A stretch of 37,150 bases of DNA, taken from an uncultured Candidatus Saccharibacteria bacterium (GTDB lineage: Bacteria > Patescibacteriota > Minisyncoccia > Phycocordibacterales > UBA2100). The notes under the pieces were generated by a model, which saw only the letters and a list, made by a program, of their open reading frames with translations, did not search any database and had not been told where the DNA came from. Both the position numbers and the translations under genes were made by a program. Of this stretch, positions 19,501 to 26,262 are shown one piece after another. The first letter of the stretch is position 1; each line of letters opens with the position of its first letter. Where the stretch lies: contig CAZRXN010000002.1 of assembly GCA_964604085.1 (NCBI GenBank), positions 5,508 through 42,657 of the forward strand, in the 5' to 3' direction.

Positions 19501-19771
19501 TCGAAAGAGGCGCCTCGTAGGTACGGTTCGTGCGCTTCGCGAAGTGCTCGTCCCAACGCACGGGTCCGAACGCGAACGATTTGAGCGTCAATTCAAATTT
19601 CTTGCCAGCGTGATCGGCTATGGGTGAAAATTCCATGAACACCCGCTCCGCTCCGCCTTCGACGAATTGGCGGAACGACTCGAGCTGGCTCTCGACGAGG
19701 TTCGGGAGCTTAACGAGGGGCTCTTGCGACCTCTTGAAATACTTCTGCTGAATACGCGCCTTTGTACTCAT
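16589..19771 (-). CDS. rpoB: DNA-directed RNA polymerase subunit beta
   Basis: ORF 16589..19822. Conserved LSQLMQQYN, GRVCPIHTPEGKNIGL, GDKLAGRHGNKGVISRV and GGQRVGEMEVWA. Start at ATG 19771 (MSTKARIQQKYF). An 18-nt gap separates it from rpoC. Confidence 0.97.
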   Translation of the reverse strand: MSTKARIQQKYFKRSQEPLVKLPNLVESQLESFRQFVEGGAERVFMEFSPIADHAGKKFELTLKSFAFGPVRWDEHFAKRTNRTYEAPLSIVAHLKNKTTGEEKEQEIFLADFPWMTDHGTFIINGVERIIVPQLARSYGVFFEAVPYKGKNYFAAKVIPSRGVWIEIESDPDGGMYVKIDRKRRFPITTLLRVLGLATDKEIQGAFANAAGRDTIATTLTHDHAKTTEEAFVEIYRRLRDGDIATPDSARDHVESTLSAERYDLSRVGRFHFNRRFGLGTSEKDLARSSLSLDDVVRIVNHIAEQNADPEATSDDIDHLGFRRVRFVGELLEQRMRIGLSRMKRNIQDRMAMVDAETILPVQFVNPRPFQASVREFFTTDQLSQLMQQYNTLDEIEHLRTLSTLGRGGLTSERAGLEVRDVHASHYGRVCPIHTPEGKNIGLVLHMSLYARPNEFGIIETPYAKVEKGKVTKEIVYMNALEEEQYAIAHAGTTRDESGKITERLVEVRKEGEPKLVEREEVDFMEVATNQPFSVATSLIPFVENDDANRALMGSNMQKQAVPVITPEAPVVATGIESEAARDSGRLVLAKEAGEVTYVDARLIKVKNNDGKTKEYELVNFSRTNGFTTFHQRPLISVGDSVKRGDVLADASTSSNGQLAIGQNVRVAFLPWFGANYEDAIVISERLAKDARFTSIHMEEFICVVRDTKLGPEVTTHDIPNVSEFKLRNLDEEGVVRIGAEVRPGDILVGKVTPKGETQLSPEERLLHAIFGEKAKDVKDTSMRMEGGKRGRIVGIKVFSRENGDQLESGVIKRVHVEVAQLRTISVGDKLAGRHGNKGVISRVLPEEDMPYDENGEPVDIILTPLGVPSRMNLGQILELHLGLAATAGGYQAVVPSFAGATEEEIREELKSAGFNETGKFTLFDGRTGEPFAQPVSVGVMYMLKLHHMVEDKIHMRSIGPYSLTTQQPLGGKAQNGGQRVGEMEVWAFLGYGAAYSLREILTYKSDDILGRSAAFDAIVSGERIKETNTPATFNVLVRHLRGLGIDIEFMEEGRQIETY

Positions 19772-19942
19772 GCTGATGATAGGATTTTCTGCTCGTGCGT
19801 GGGACCGTACACGCGCGAACATGTGCTCGTAATCCTTCTAATGGAAACGCAAGGAATATTTCCTTGATGGGAACCCGGGTCTTTGCTCATTCAAAGGCGC
19901 GCCACCGCAACACAATCAGCCGGAAATCGCAAATACCGGAGG

Positions 19943-19970
19943 AGTATACAGCTTGCTGAAATGCTGTCAA
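19943..19970 (-). promoter_or_regulatory. Candidate rpoBC promoter TTGACA-16 nt-TATACT
   Basis: Minus strand: TTGACA (19965..19970), 16-nt spacer, TATACT (19943..19948). Begins immediately after the trmD stop. Predicts a 5' leader of roughly 165 nt before rpoB ATG 19771. Confidence 0.55.
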
Positions 19971-19973
19971 GGG

Positions 19974-20651
19974 TCAAGAGCCCCTTCGTGTGGATGCTTT
20001 CGGTGAGTGCGCCTTTTTCCATTCGTTGATTTTGGCGTGATCGCCCGTGAGGAGCACCTTCGGTACGCGATACTTCTTCCCTTTCCATTCGAGCACTTCC
20101 GGTCGAGTGTACACTTCTGGGCTCGAGACGCGCGAGCGCTCGAGCGACTCTGCTTTTCCGAGAACGCCCGGCACGAAGCGGGCCACCGCGTCTATGACCG
20201 TCGCAGCCGGTAACTCCCCTCCCGTGAGCACGTACGGCCCCATTGAAATCTTCTTTGCCCGCGTGATCTTCTGCACGCGCGCATCAATGCCTTCGTAGTG
20301 GCCGCAGATGAGCACTATGTCTTTCCTCTTGGAGAGCTTTTTCGCGCGCGCTTCATCGAAGAGCGAGCCATCCGTAGAAAAAAAAAGTGTTTCGACGCCG
20401 CGCCTTCGGCCAACAGCTTTTTCTATTGCGCGCAGCACGGGCTCGCTCCGTAGCACCATCCCGGGCCCGCCGCCATAGGGCCTGCGATCAACCCTCTCAT
20501 CCTGGACGCGCTTCGTTTTTTTAACGAAATCTTTCGGATTGTAGTACGAGACGCGGATGCGTCGGTCCGCCTGGGCGCGTCCCAAAATTGAAGCAGAAAG
20601 GTACGGCTCGATCGCTTCCGGAAAGAGCGTGATGATATGAAAATGGAGCAT
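19974..20651 (-). CDS. trmD: tRNA (guanine37-N1)-methyltransferase
   Basis: 225 aa. N-terminus MLHFHIITLFPEAIEPYLSASILGRA. Also ICGHYEGIDARV and LTGGELPA, typical of the TrmD SPOUT knot. Confidence 0.93.
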   Translation of the reverse strand: MLHFHIITLFPEAIEPYLSASILGRAQADRRIRVSYYNPKDFVKKTKRVQDERVDRRPYGGGPGMVLRSEPVLRAIEKAVGRRRGVETLFFSTDGSLFDEARAKKLSKRKDIVLICGHYEGIDARVQKITRAKKISMGPYVLTGGELPAATVIDAVARFVPGVLGKAESLERSRVSSPEVYTRPEVLEWKGKKYRVPKVLLTGDHAKINEWKKAHSPKASTRRGS

Positions 20652-20718
20652 AGAGAGGAGGCGGACAGAGAGACAGGGCTGACGAAGCTCTCCTGCCGTA
20701 GGATCGGCTATTTTTCGT

Positions 20719-21030
20719 TTACTCGGCTTTGAGATCTTCGATCACGTCGTCCACACTGCGATCGCGCATGGCCTCTCGCTCGGATCCTTCCGGCTCCTCG
20801 ATCTTCAAATTAACCCGCGCATTCGACTTCATGCCGACGATGCGAAGGATTGTTCGTATGGCTTTTGCCGTCTGTCCCGAGCGGCCGATGATCTTGCCCA
20901 TATCATCCTTATGGACGGAGAGCGTGAGGAGCACGCCCATCTCATCGACGGTTCGCGCCACCTTCACATCATCGGGATTGTCGACGAGCGATTTGACTAC
21001 GTATTCTAGGAATTGCTGATCGTTTTCCAT
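20719..21030 (-). CDS. khpA: KH-domain RNA-binding protein (UPF0109 / KhpA-like) with an acidic C-terminal extension
   Basis: 103 aa. LVDNPDDVKV ... LLTLSVHKDDMGKIIGRSGQTAKAIRTIL matches the KhpA/YlqC pattern. Sits between rpsP and trmD, as in many bacteria. Confidence 0.85.
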   Translation of the reverse strand: MENDQQFLEYVVKSLVDNPDDVKVARTVDEMGVLLTLSVHKDDMGKIIGRSGQTAKAIRTILRIVGMKSNARVNLKIEEPEGSEREAMRDRSVDDVIEDLKAE

Positions 21031-21058
21031 GCGGCGGGGGTCCTCTCCTGGCCTTTGT

Positions 21059-21086
21059 ATTGTACGGGTTTGCGAGATGCCGTCAA
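21059..21086 (-). promoter_or_regulatory. Candidate internal promoter TTGACG-16 nt-TACAAT
   Basis: Minus strand: TTGACG (21081..21086) and TACAAT (21059..21064), in the rpsP-khpA spacer. SD AGGAGAGG follows, upstream of ATG 21030. Confidence 0.45.
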
Positions 21087-21090
21087 ATTG

Positions 21091-21567
21091 CTACTGATCG
21101 CTCTTTTCCTCTTTGGGCTCGGCCGCAGCGCTCTCCGGTTCCGACGAATCAGGAGTTTCGGCTTCAGCCGGAGCCGCTTCCTCGGGTGCGGCCGCTGTCT
21201 CCTTCTCGCCCTTGGGCTCCTCTGCCTTCGATACCTCGGCGCCCTCCTCTGCAGGTGTCTCTTCTGGTGCCTGCTCCTCTGCCTCCTTCTTGGGCGGGTG
21301 CTTTTTCGGCAGGACGTTGACCTTTTTGCCATCCACGATACCCGCCGAGACGAGCATGTTGTGTACGACACCCGAGGACTGCGCCCCTACCGAGAGCCAG
21401 TATCGAATACGGTCTTCCGCGAGAGCGCGCGCTTTTGTTTTCGGATTGTACGAGCCCACCTTTTCGATGAATGTACCCGCCTTCGGCCCCGCCGTGTGCT
21501 CGGTAACCACGAGGCGAAACGCAGGGTCGTTCCTGCGGCCGATGCGCTGCATGCGAATCTTCAACAT
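21091..21567 (-). CDS. rpsP: 30S ribosomal protein S16 with a long Glu/Ala/Pro/Lys-rich C-terminal tail
   Basis: 158 aa. N-terminus MLKIRMQRIGRRNDPAFRLVVTEHTAGPKAGTFIEKVGSYNPKT is canonical S16. About 70 aa of low-complexity tail follow. Confidence 0.93.
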   Translation of the reverse strand: MLKIRMQRIGRRNDPAFRLVVTEHTAGPKAGTFIEKVGSYNPKTKARALAEDRIRYWLSVGAQSSGVVHNMLVSAGIVDGKKVNVLPKKHPPKKEAEEQAPEETPAEEGAEVSKAEEPKGEKETAAAPEEAAPAEAETPDSSEPESAAAEPKEEKSDQ

Positions 21568-21582
21568 ACGATAAGTCGCGAC

Positions 21583-21610
21583 ACTGTAGCAGGATTTCCC
21601 GGAATTTCAA
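21583..21610 (-). promoter_or_regulatory. Candidate rpsP promoter TTGAAA-16 nt-TACAGT
   Basis: Minus strand: TTGAAA (21605..21610) and TACAGT (21583..21588), 15 nt before ATG 21567. No SD in between. Confidence 0.4.
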
Positions 21611-21621
21611 GGCACGGGCGC

Positions 21622-21960
21622 TTACCGGTCTTCCCGCACGACTACCGCCGTACCGTAGGCGAGTACTTCCGTTATACCGGCTCCCATTTCGGTGGCGTCG
21701 TAGCGAACGCCGATCACCGCATTGGCTCCCATTTCCGCAGCATGCTCAGCCATAAGCTCATAGGCATGGTTGCGCGCCTGCTCCGCGAGCGACGTGAAGA
21801 GCGTGATGTTTCCGCCGAAGAGTGTCTGCAATCCCCCGCCGATCGTCCCAAAAATAGAGCGCGAGCGAACAATGATACCCTTCGCCATCCCGCAGTTCTT
21901 CTCGATGCGATACCCCGGCAGCTCGAAGGCCGTCGTCATCATGCGCTCCTCGATCTTCAT
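21622..21960 (-). CDS. YbjQ-family (UPF0145) protein
   Basis: 112 aa. MTTAFELPGYRI ... GIIVRSRSIFG ... GANAVIGVRYD matches the YbjQ/UPF0145 pattern. TGATATACT lies 6 nt upstream of the ATG. Confidence 0.85.
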   Translation of the reverse strand: MKIEERMMTTAFELPGYRIEKNCGMAKGIIVRSRSIFGTIGGGLQTLFGGNITLFTSLAEQARNHAYELMAEHAAEMGANAVIGVRYDATEMGAGITEVLAYGTAVVVREDR

Positions 21961-22000
21961 GGTACCAGTATATCAAAAATCGCCCTGCGCTAAAATCGGC

Positions 22001-24172
22001 TTACTTCGCGACGCGTTCCGCCTCCTCTAGTTTTACGGAAAGAATCTTCGAGACGCCGTCATGCCCCATGGTTACCCCGTAGAGTTCGCCGGCAGCTGCC
22101 ATGGTCGCACGATTGTGCGTGATGACGATCAGCTGGCTCTTTCGACCCAACTCGCGAATCATGTCTGCATACCTACGACTGTTCGCCTCGTCGAGCGCGG
22201 CGTCCGTTTCGTCCAGTATCAAGAAAGGCGGCGGGTTCACTTGCGACATCGAAAAGATGAGTGCGATCGAAGTGAGCGCCCGCTCGCCCCCCGAGAGCGC
22301 TTCGAGCCCGCGAATTTTTTTGCGAGGCAAAGATACGTGGATCGAAAGTCCCGCATACAAATCTTCCTCGTCTTCGAGCGCGTCTTCCTCCGCCTCCGGA
22401 TCGACGTTGGCCGCTCTATGCCGGGGAGAGTCAACCTCAAGGCGGGCGTCTCCCCCGCCGAAGAGCTTCGAGAAAAAACCTCGGAGGGCCTCATTGATGT
22501 GGGCGAGACCCTCGGTGAAGCGCTCGTCAATCGTTTTCTCCAGGTCGGCAATGATGTCCTTGAGGGAGGCCGCGGAACGCTCCAAGTCGGCGAGCTCCCG
22601 CGCGAGAAACTCGTCCCGCTCTTTCGTCTGCGTGAACTCCTTTAGGATATTCTCGGTCTCGCCGAGTCCCGCTTCCTCTATCTTGATCTTGAGCCGCTCG
22701 ATCGCGCGTCGGCGCTTTTCCTGCTCCCCTCTATCCTCCGACAGCGCCCCTGGGGGAAGCTCCGCCCGCTCGAAACTGGAAGCCGCAACCCCCGCAAGGA
22801 CGACGCCTTCACGTACCTCCTCTTCGAAACGCTGGCGCAGGAGGGCGAGCTCTTCTAAACGGCGCGCCGTCGCCGCGCGGGCGGCCGTCTTCTCTCGTCG
22901 GGCCGCCTCGTCGGTCAGCATGTGGCGCTCGGCGTCATAGCGCGCTTCGCGCGCGCTCTCGGCAGCGGCGCGCGCCTCGCGAAGCGCGCGGTCGGCCTCC
23001 TCTTCTGCTTCCGTCGCGGAGGCGAGCCGCCGCGCAAGCGCTTCCACTTTTGCGCGCGCACTCGAGTCGACGGGCGCGTCGCCCAGATCCGCTATGAATG
23101 AGTCGAGCAGCGTGCGCGCGTGCGCCATGCGCCCGCGCACTTCGGAAAGATCGGAGAGCGACTGCGCGTCGGAAATGATTTTCGCGAGCTCTTGCGCAAA
23201 GGTGCGCGCTCGCGGAAGGGGCACCGGGGAGCCCTCCGCACCTGAGGCTTCGAGCGCCCCTTCGGCGCGGCCAAGCTCGCGGGCAAGCTCTTCTCGAGAT
23301 CGTCTCGCATCCGCAAGAGCTGCCTCAAGGGGGGCGGTGTCGGGCGCGCGCTCCTCTCGGGGCGACGCGGCACTCTTCGCCTCCGCGATGCGCGCCTCGA
23401 GTGCGGAGAGCTCTTGCGCCAGGCGACGATCTTCCTCCTGTGCCCTCGCCTGCTCCTGTGTTATGTAGGCACTCTCGCGCGCTAGGTATTCCGCGAGCAG
23501 ATGCTTCAGCTCTCCTTGCATGTCACGCGCCTTTTCAATGCGCTCCACTTGTATGCGCAGGAAATTCAAGTGCGGCATGATCTCACGCCGCAGCGACTTA
23601 GTTTTATCGATATTGGCAGCCGTCTCGTCGAGTTTGCGTTCGCTCTCCGCCTTTTTGTGCTGATAGAGCTTGAGGCCAAGCGCGTCCTCAACCATCTCGC
23701 GCCGCTCCCGTGGCGACGCGTTCAGGATGCGATCGGCTTCTCCCTGCGAAATGATCTGATACCCGGAGCCGCCGATGTTCGCGCCGGCAAGGAGGCGGAT
23801 GACATCCTTGAGACGCACCTGTGAGCCATTGAGGAGATATTCATTCTGTCCGTCGCGATAAACGATGCGCTCGATCGCGATTTCGGAGAAATCCATGTCG
23901 AGAAGTCGCGTACTGTTGTCGAATACAACCCGTACTCCTGCGCGATTCGTGCGCGGCAGTCCGGGAGAGCCGCCCCAGATGAGATCTTCCCCGCGCTTGC
24001 TGCGCATGGACTTCATGGACTGCTCGCCAAGCACGAAGCGGAACGCCTCCGCCACGTTGGACTTGCCGCTCCCGTTAGGGCCGACGATTGCCGCGATCGG
24101 CGACGTAAATACGAGCTCGGTCTTCTTGCCGAACGACTTGAATCCCGAAAGCTCTATGGATTTCAGGTACAT
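22001..24172 (-). CDS. smc: SMC-family chromosome partition ATPase, short form (about 723 aa)
   Basis: ORF 22001..24175. N-head MYLKSIELSGFKSFGKKTELVFTSPIAAIVGPNGSGKSNV (Walker A). C-head LSGGERALTSIALIF (signature) and FLILDETDAALD (Walker B). Ala/Arg/Glu-rich coiled-coil middle. Start at ATG 24172 (GTG 24175 is in frame). Confidence 0.85.
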   Translation of the reverse strand: MYLKSIELSGFKSFGKKTELVFTSPIAAIVGPNGSGKSNVAEAFRFVLGEQSMKSMRSKRGEDLIWGGSPGLPRTNRAGVRVVFDNSTRLLDMDFSEIAIERIVYRDGQNEYLLNGSQVRLKDVIRLLAGANIGGSGYQIISQGEADRILNASPRERREMVEDALGLKLYQHKKAESERKLDETAANIDKTKSLRREIMPHLNFLRIQVERIEKARDMQGELKHLLAEYLARESAYITQEQARAQEEDRRLAQELSALEARIAEAKSAASPREERAPDTAPLEAALADARRSREELARELGRAEGALEASGAEGSPVPLPRARTFAQELAKIISDAQSLSDLSEVRGRMAHARTLLDSFIADLGDAPVDSSARAKVEALARRLASATEAEEEADRALREARAAAESAREARYDAERHMLTDEAARREKTAARAATARRLEELALLRQRFEEEVREGVVLAGVAASSFERAELPPGALSEDRGEQEKRRRAIERLKIKIEEAGLGETENILKEFTQTKERDEFLARELADLERSAASLKDIIADLEKTIDERFTEGLAHINEALRGFFSKLFGGGDARLEVDSPRHRAANVDPEAEEDALEDEEDLYAGLSIHVSLPRKKIRGLEALSGGERALTSIALIFSMSQVNPPPFLILDETDAALDEANSRRYADMIRELGRKSQLIVITHNRATMAAAGELYGVTMGHDGVSKILSVKLEEAERVAK

Positions 24173-24250
24173 CACGTTAGTTTACCTATTGTATCAGGCA
24201 AAAGTTCATGCCCACGCCCTGTTCACTACACTGTATTCCCTGTTCCGTAC

Positions 24251-24281
24251 ATACTATAGTATATACTATAGTATATACTAT
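24251..24281. repeat. Tandem palindromic 12-mer ATACTATAGTAT (2.5 copies)
   Basis: Copies at 24251..24262 and 24263..24274, with a partial copy at 24275..24281. Each unit is its own reverse complement. Lies in the AT-rich rnc-smc spacer, with the 8-nt direct repeat CCCTGTTC at 24217 and 24238 (21-nt phasing) beside it. Confidence 0.8.
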
Positions 24282-24290
24282 TTTTCATAG

Positions 24291-24983
24291 CTACCAGCCC
24301 TTCGCCTCGATCGCCTTTTGTGCGGCGTCCTGCTCGGCCTCCTGCTTGGACCGCCCTTCTCCAGTCGCTACGCGCTCTGCCTCCAAGAATACGCCGATGA
24401 CGAAGGTCTTGTCGTGATCGGGACCCGACTGATCGAGCAGCTGGTACGACGGCGTGATCGAGACCTTTTCCTGCGCAAGCTCCTGGAAGCGGCTCTTGGC
24501 ATCCTGCCAGAGCCGCTTTGCGACGACCTCGTCCGTCTTGTGGAAAAGCTGCGCGGCGATGAATTCGCGCGCGACATCGTAGCCCGCATCGAGATACAGC
24601 GCGCCAATAACGGCCTCGAAGGCGTTCGCGAGGATGATCTGCCGCGCCCTGCCCGTGTCCTTTGCCTCCCCGCGCGAAAGGAGCAGGAAATCGTTCATGC
24701 CGAGCTTGGTTCCCGCGTCTGAAATGCTTTGGGTGTTTACCAGCGCGGCGCGATACGCCGTGAGCTCGCCCTCCGGCTTCTCCGGATACTTAGCGAACAG
24801 GAATTCGGTAACGACGAGCTCGAGAACCGCATCTCCCAAGAACTCCAGCCGCTCGTTGTGCTCCCGAGCTCCCCGCCGATTTTCGTTGATATAGGAGCGG
24901 TGCGTAAACGCCGCCTCTATCAGTGAGCGGTCGCGGAAGACGTGACCTATGCGCTGCTCAAAAGGAGAGAAATCCATATGCAT
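24291..24983 (-). CDS. rnc: Ribonuclease III
   Basis: 230 aa. Signature NERLEFLGDAVLELVV, catalytic ANAFEAVIGALYLD, and a C-terminal dsRBD (GPDHDKTFVIGV ... GEGRSKQEAEQDAAQKAI). Confidence 0.93.
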   Translation of the reverse strand: MHMDFSPFEQRIGHVFRDRSLIEAAFTHRSYINENRRGAREHNERLEFLGDAVLELVVTEFLFAKYPEKPEGELTAYRAALVNTQSISDAGTKLGMNDFLLLSRGEAKDTGRARQIILANAFEAVIGALYLDAGYDVAREFIAAQLFHKTDEVVAKRLWQDAKSRFQELAQEKVSITPSYQLLDQSGPDHDKTFVIGVFLEAERVATGEGRSKQEAEQDAAQKAIEAKGW

Positions 24984-24988
24984 TGAAA

Positions 24989-25894
24989 TTATGCGCGGCT
25001 CTTTTGCGCGAGGATGTTGATCGCGCGCGTAATCACCGGAAGGATGTCATCGTAAAAATTGAGGTCGCCGACACGTGCGAGCGGAAACCACTGCGCGTCG
25101 TCCAGACCGCCCTCTTTCTTGAGCCGCAGTTCCGAAAAGGGCGCGCGCGCGAGGAAGTAGGTCGCATGCCGTTTCTTTTTGCCGTGAGCGCCATTTGATG
25201 AATCGTTGGCGATGTACTCGTTCTCGCCGAGCTTCTCCTCTACTTCGACATCAAGACCGATTTCCTCTTTCACTTTTCGCAGAACGCCCTCCTCGTGACC
25301 CTCGTTCTGCTTGAGTTTCCCCTTTGAGAGCGTCCAGTGTCCAAAAATGTCGTGCACGAGGGCAAGGTATACGCCGTCAGGATCCCGCGCGTACACCACT
25401 GCCCCGACGAGCTCTTCGATCGGCATGGGGCCGCCCTTCTCTTTCCGCTTCGACCCCTCTGCTTTTCCCGGCTCGCCGAGCTCGATATATACAGCGCCCA
25501 AAACGCCGTTGACGAAGCGACTTGAGGCGCTGGAGCCAAACGTCTTCGCGAGCTCGATTGCTTCGTTGATGGCCACCTTTGCGGGAACCTGGGAACGGTC
25601 TGCATACAGCAGCTCCGCAAAGCCGATCCGCAGCACGTTTCGATCGATTGCCGCGATCTTTTCCAAAGGCCACTCGGGTGCCGCACGCGCGATCACCGCG
25701 TCTATTTCGCTCTGCTTGGCGATGACCGTCTTGAGGAGCGACTGCATGAATGGCATGTCCTGCGGGCGTGCGCCGAATTCGGAGGCATATGAGGAGAGAT
25801 GCTCCAGGGACTGCTCGAGCGACGTGTCGCCCGACTGATCCCTCTCGAAGAGGACCTGAAGGACGACGGATCGCGCAAGATGCCTATTTGCCAT
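24989..25894 (-). CDS. nusB: NusB antitermination factor fused to a C-terminal Nudix hydrolase domain
   Basis: ORF 24989..25939, start ATG 25894 (MANRHLARSVVLQVLFERD). NusB core: AIDRNVLRIGFAELLY ... VAINEAIELAKTFGSSASSRFVNGVLGAV. After a Lys/Glu/Gly linker comes the Nudix box GKLKQNEGHEEGVLRKVKEEIGL (G-x5-E-x7-R-x-U-x-E-E-x-G-U). Confidence 0.85.
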   Translation of the reverse strand: MANRHLARSVVLQVLFERDQSGDTSLEQSLEHLSSYASEFGARPQDMPFMQSLLKTVIAKQSEIDAVIARAAPEWPLEKIAAIDRNVLRIGFAELLYADRSQVPAKVAINEAIELAKTFGSSASSRFVNGVLGAVYIELGEPGKAEGSKRKEKGGPMPIEELVGAVVYARDPDGVYLALVHDIFGHWTLSKGKLKQNEGHEEGVLRKVKEEIGLDVEVEEKLGENEYIANDSSNGAHGKKKRHATYFLARAPFSELRLKKEGGLDDAQWFPLARVGDLNFYDDILPVITRAINILAQKSRA

Positions 25895-25970
25895 AGAGAA
25901 CAATTTCCTTAGTGTACAAAATTTCCCCCCGAGCAACACCGCGGGATCGGGAAAAGTCGGGACAAGGCGC

Positions 25971-26252
25971 TTACGCCGTCGCCTCTGTCTTTTCCTGTTC
26001 CTTCCCGGTGCTCTTTACCTGTCCGCTCTCGCGTAGCTCCTTTTCCTTGCGCGCGGATCGCCTCGCATCGCGTTTGGCGCGGGCTACGACATCGATGACG
26101 ACGCGGCCGCGGTATCGGCCGCACTCCAGACAGGCGCGGTGCGGCAAACGAAGAGCTCCGCACTCACAGCGCACTGCACGCGGCGAAGAGAGCCCCTGAT
26201 GGCTCCTGCGCTTTCCTGTTTTCGAGCGGTTCGCCCGCATTCGAACTACCAT
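25971..26252 (-). CDS. rpmF: 50S ribosomal protein L32 (4-Cys zinc-ribbon form) with a charged C-terminal tail
   Basis: C-terminal 93 aa of ORF 25971..26534, from ATG 26252: MVVRMRANRSKTGKRRSHQGL ... CECG ... HRACLECGRYRGR. Confidence 0.9.
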   Translation of the reverse strand: MVVRMRANRSKTGKRRSHQGLSSPRAVRCECGALRLPHRACLECGRYRGRVVIDVVARAKRDARRSARKEKELRESGQVKSTGKEQEKTEATA

Positions 26253-26262
26253 AGTTCGCGCA

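Noticed and set aside
21013-21993. 326-aa plus-strand ORF
   Set aside because: It runs antisense across khpA, rpsP and the YbjQ-like gene, all of which are confidently recognised.
24251-24281. AT-rich tandem 12-mers as a replication-origin unwinding element
   Set aside because: I saw no DnaA-box-like (TTATCCACA-type) motifs nearby, there is no dnaA/dnaN context, and the spacer is only 115 nt. A promoter/operator interpretation is simpler.
26241-26259. Hairpin CGAACTA-CCA-TAGTTCG spanning the rpmF start codon
   Set aside because: It is short (7 bp) and is largely explained by the coding sequence ATG GTA GTT CGA. There is no supporting evidence for a regulatory role.
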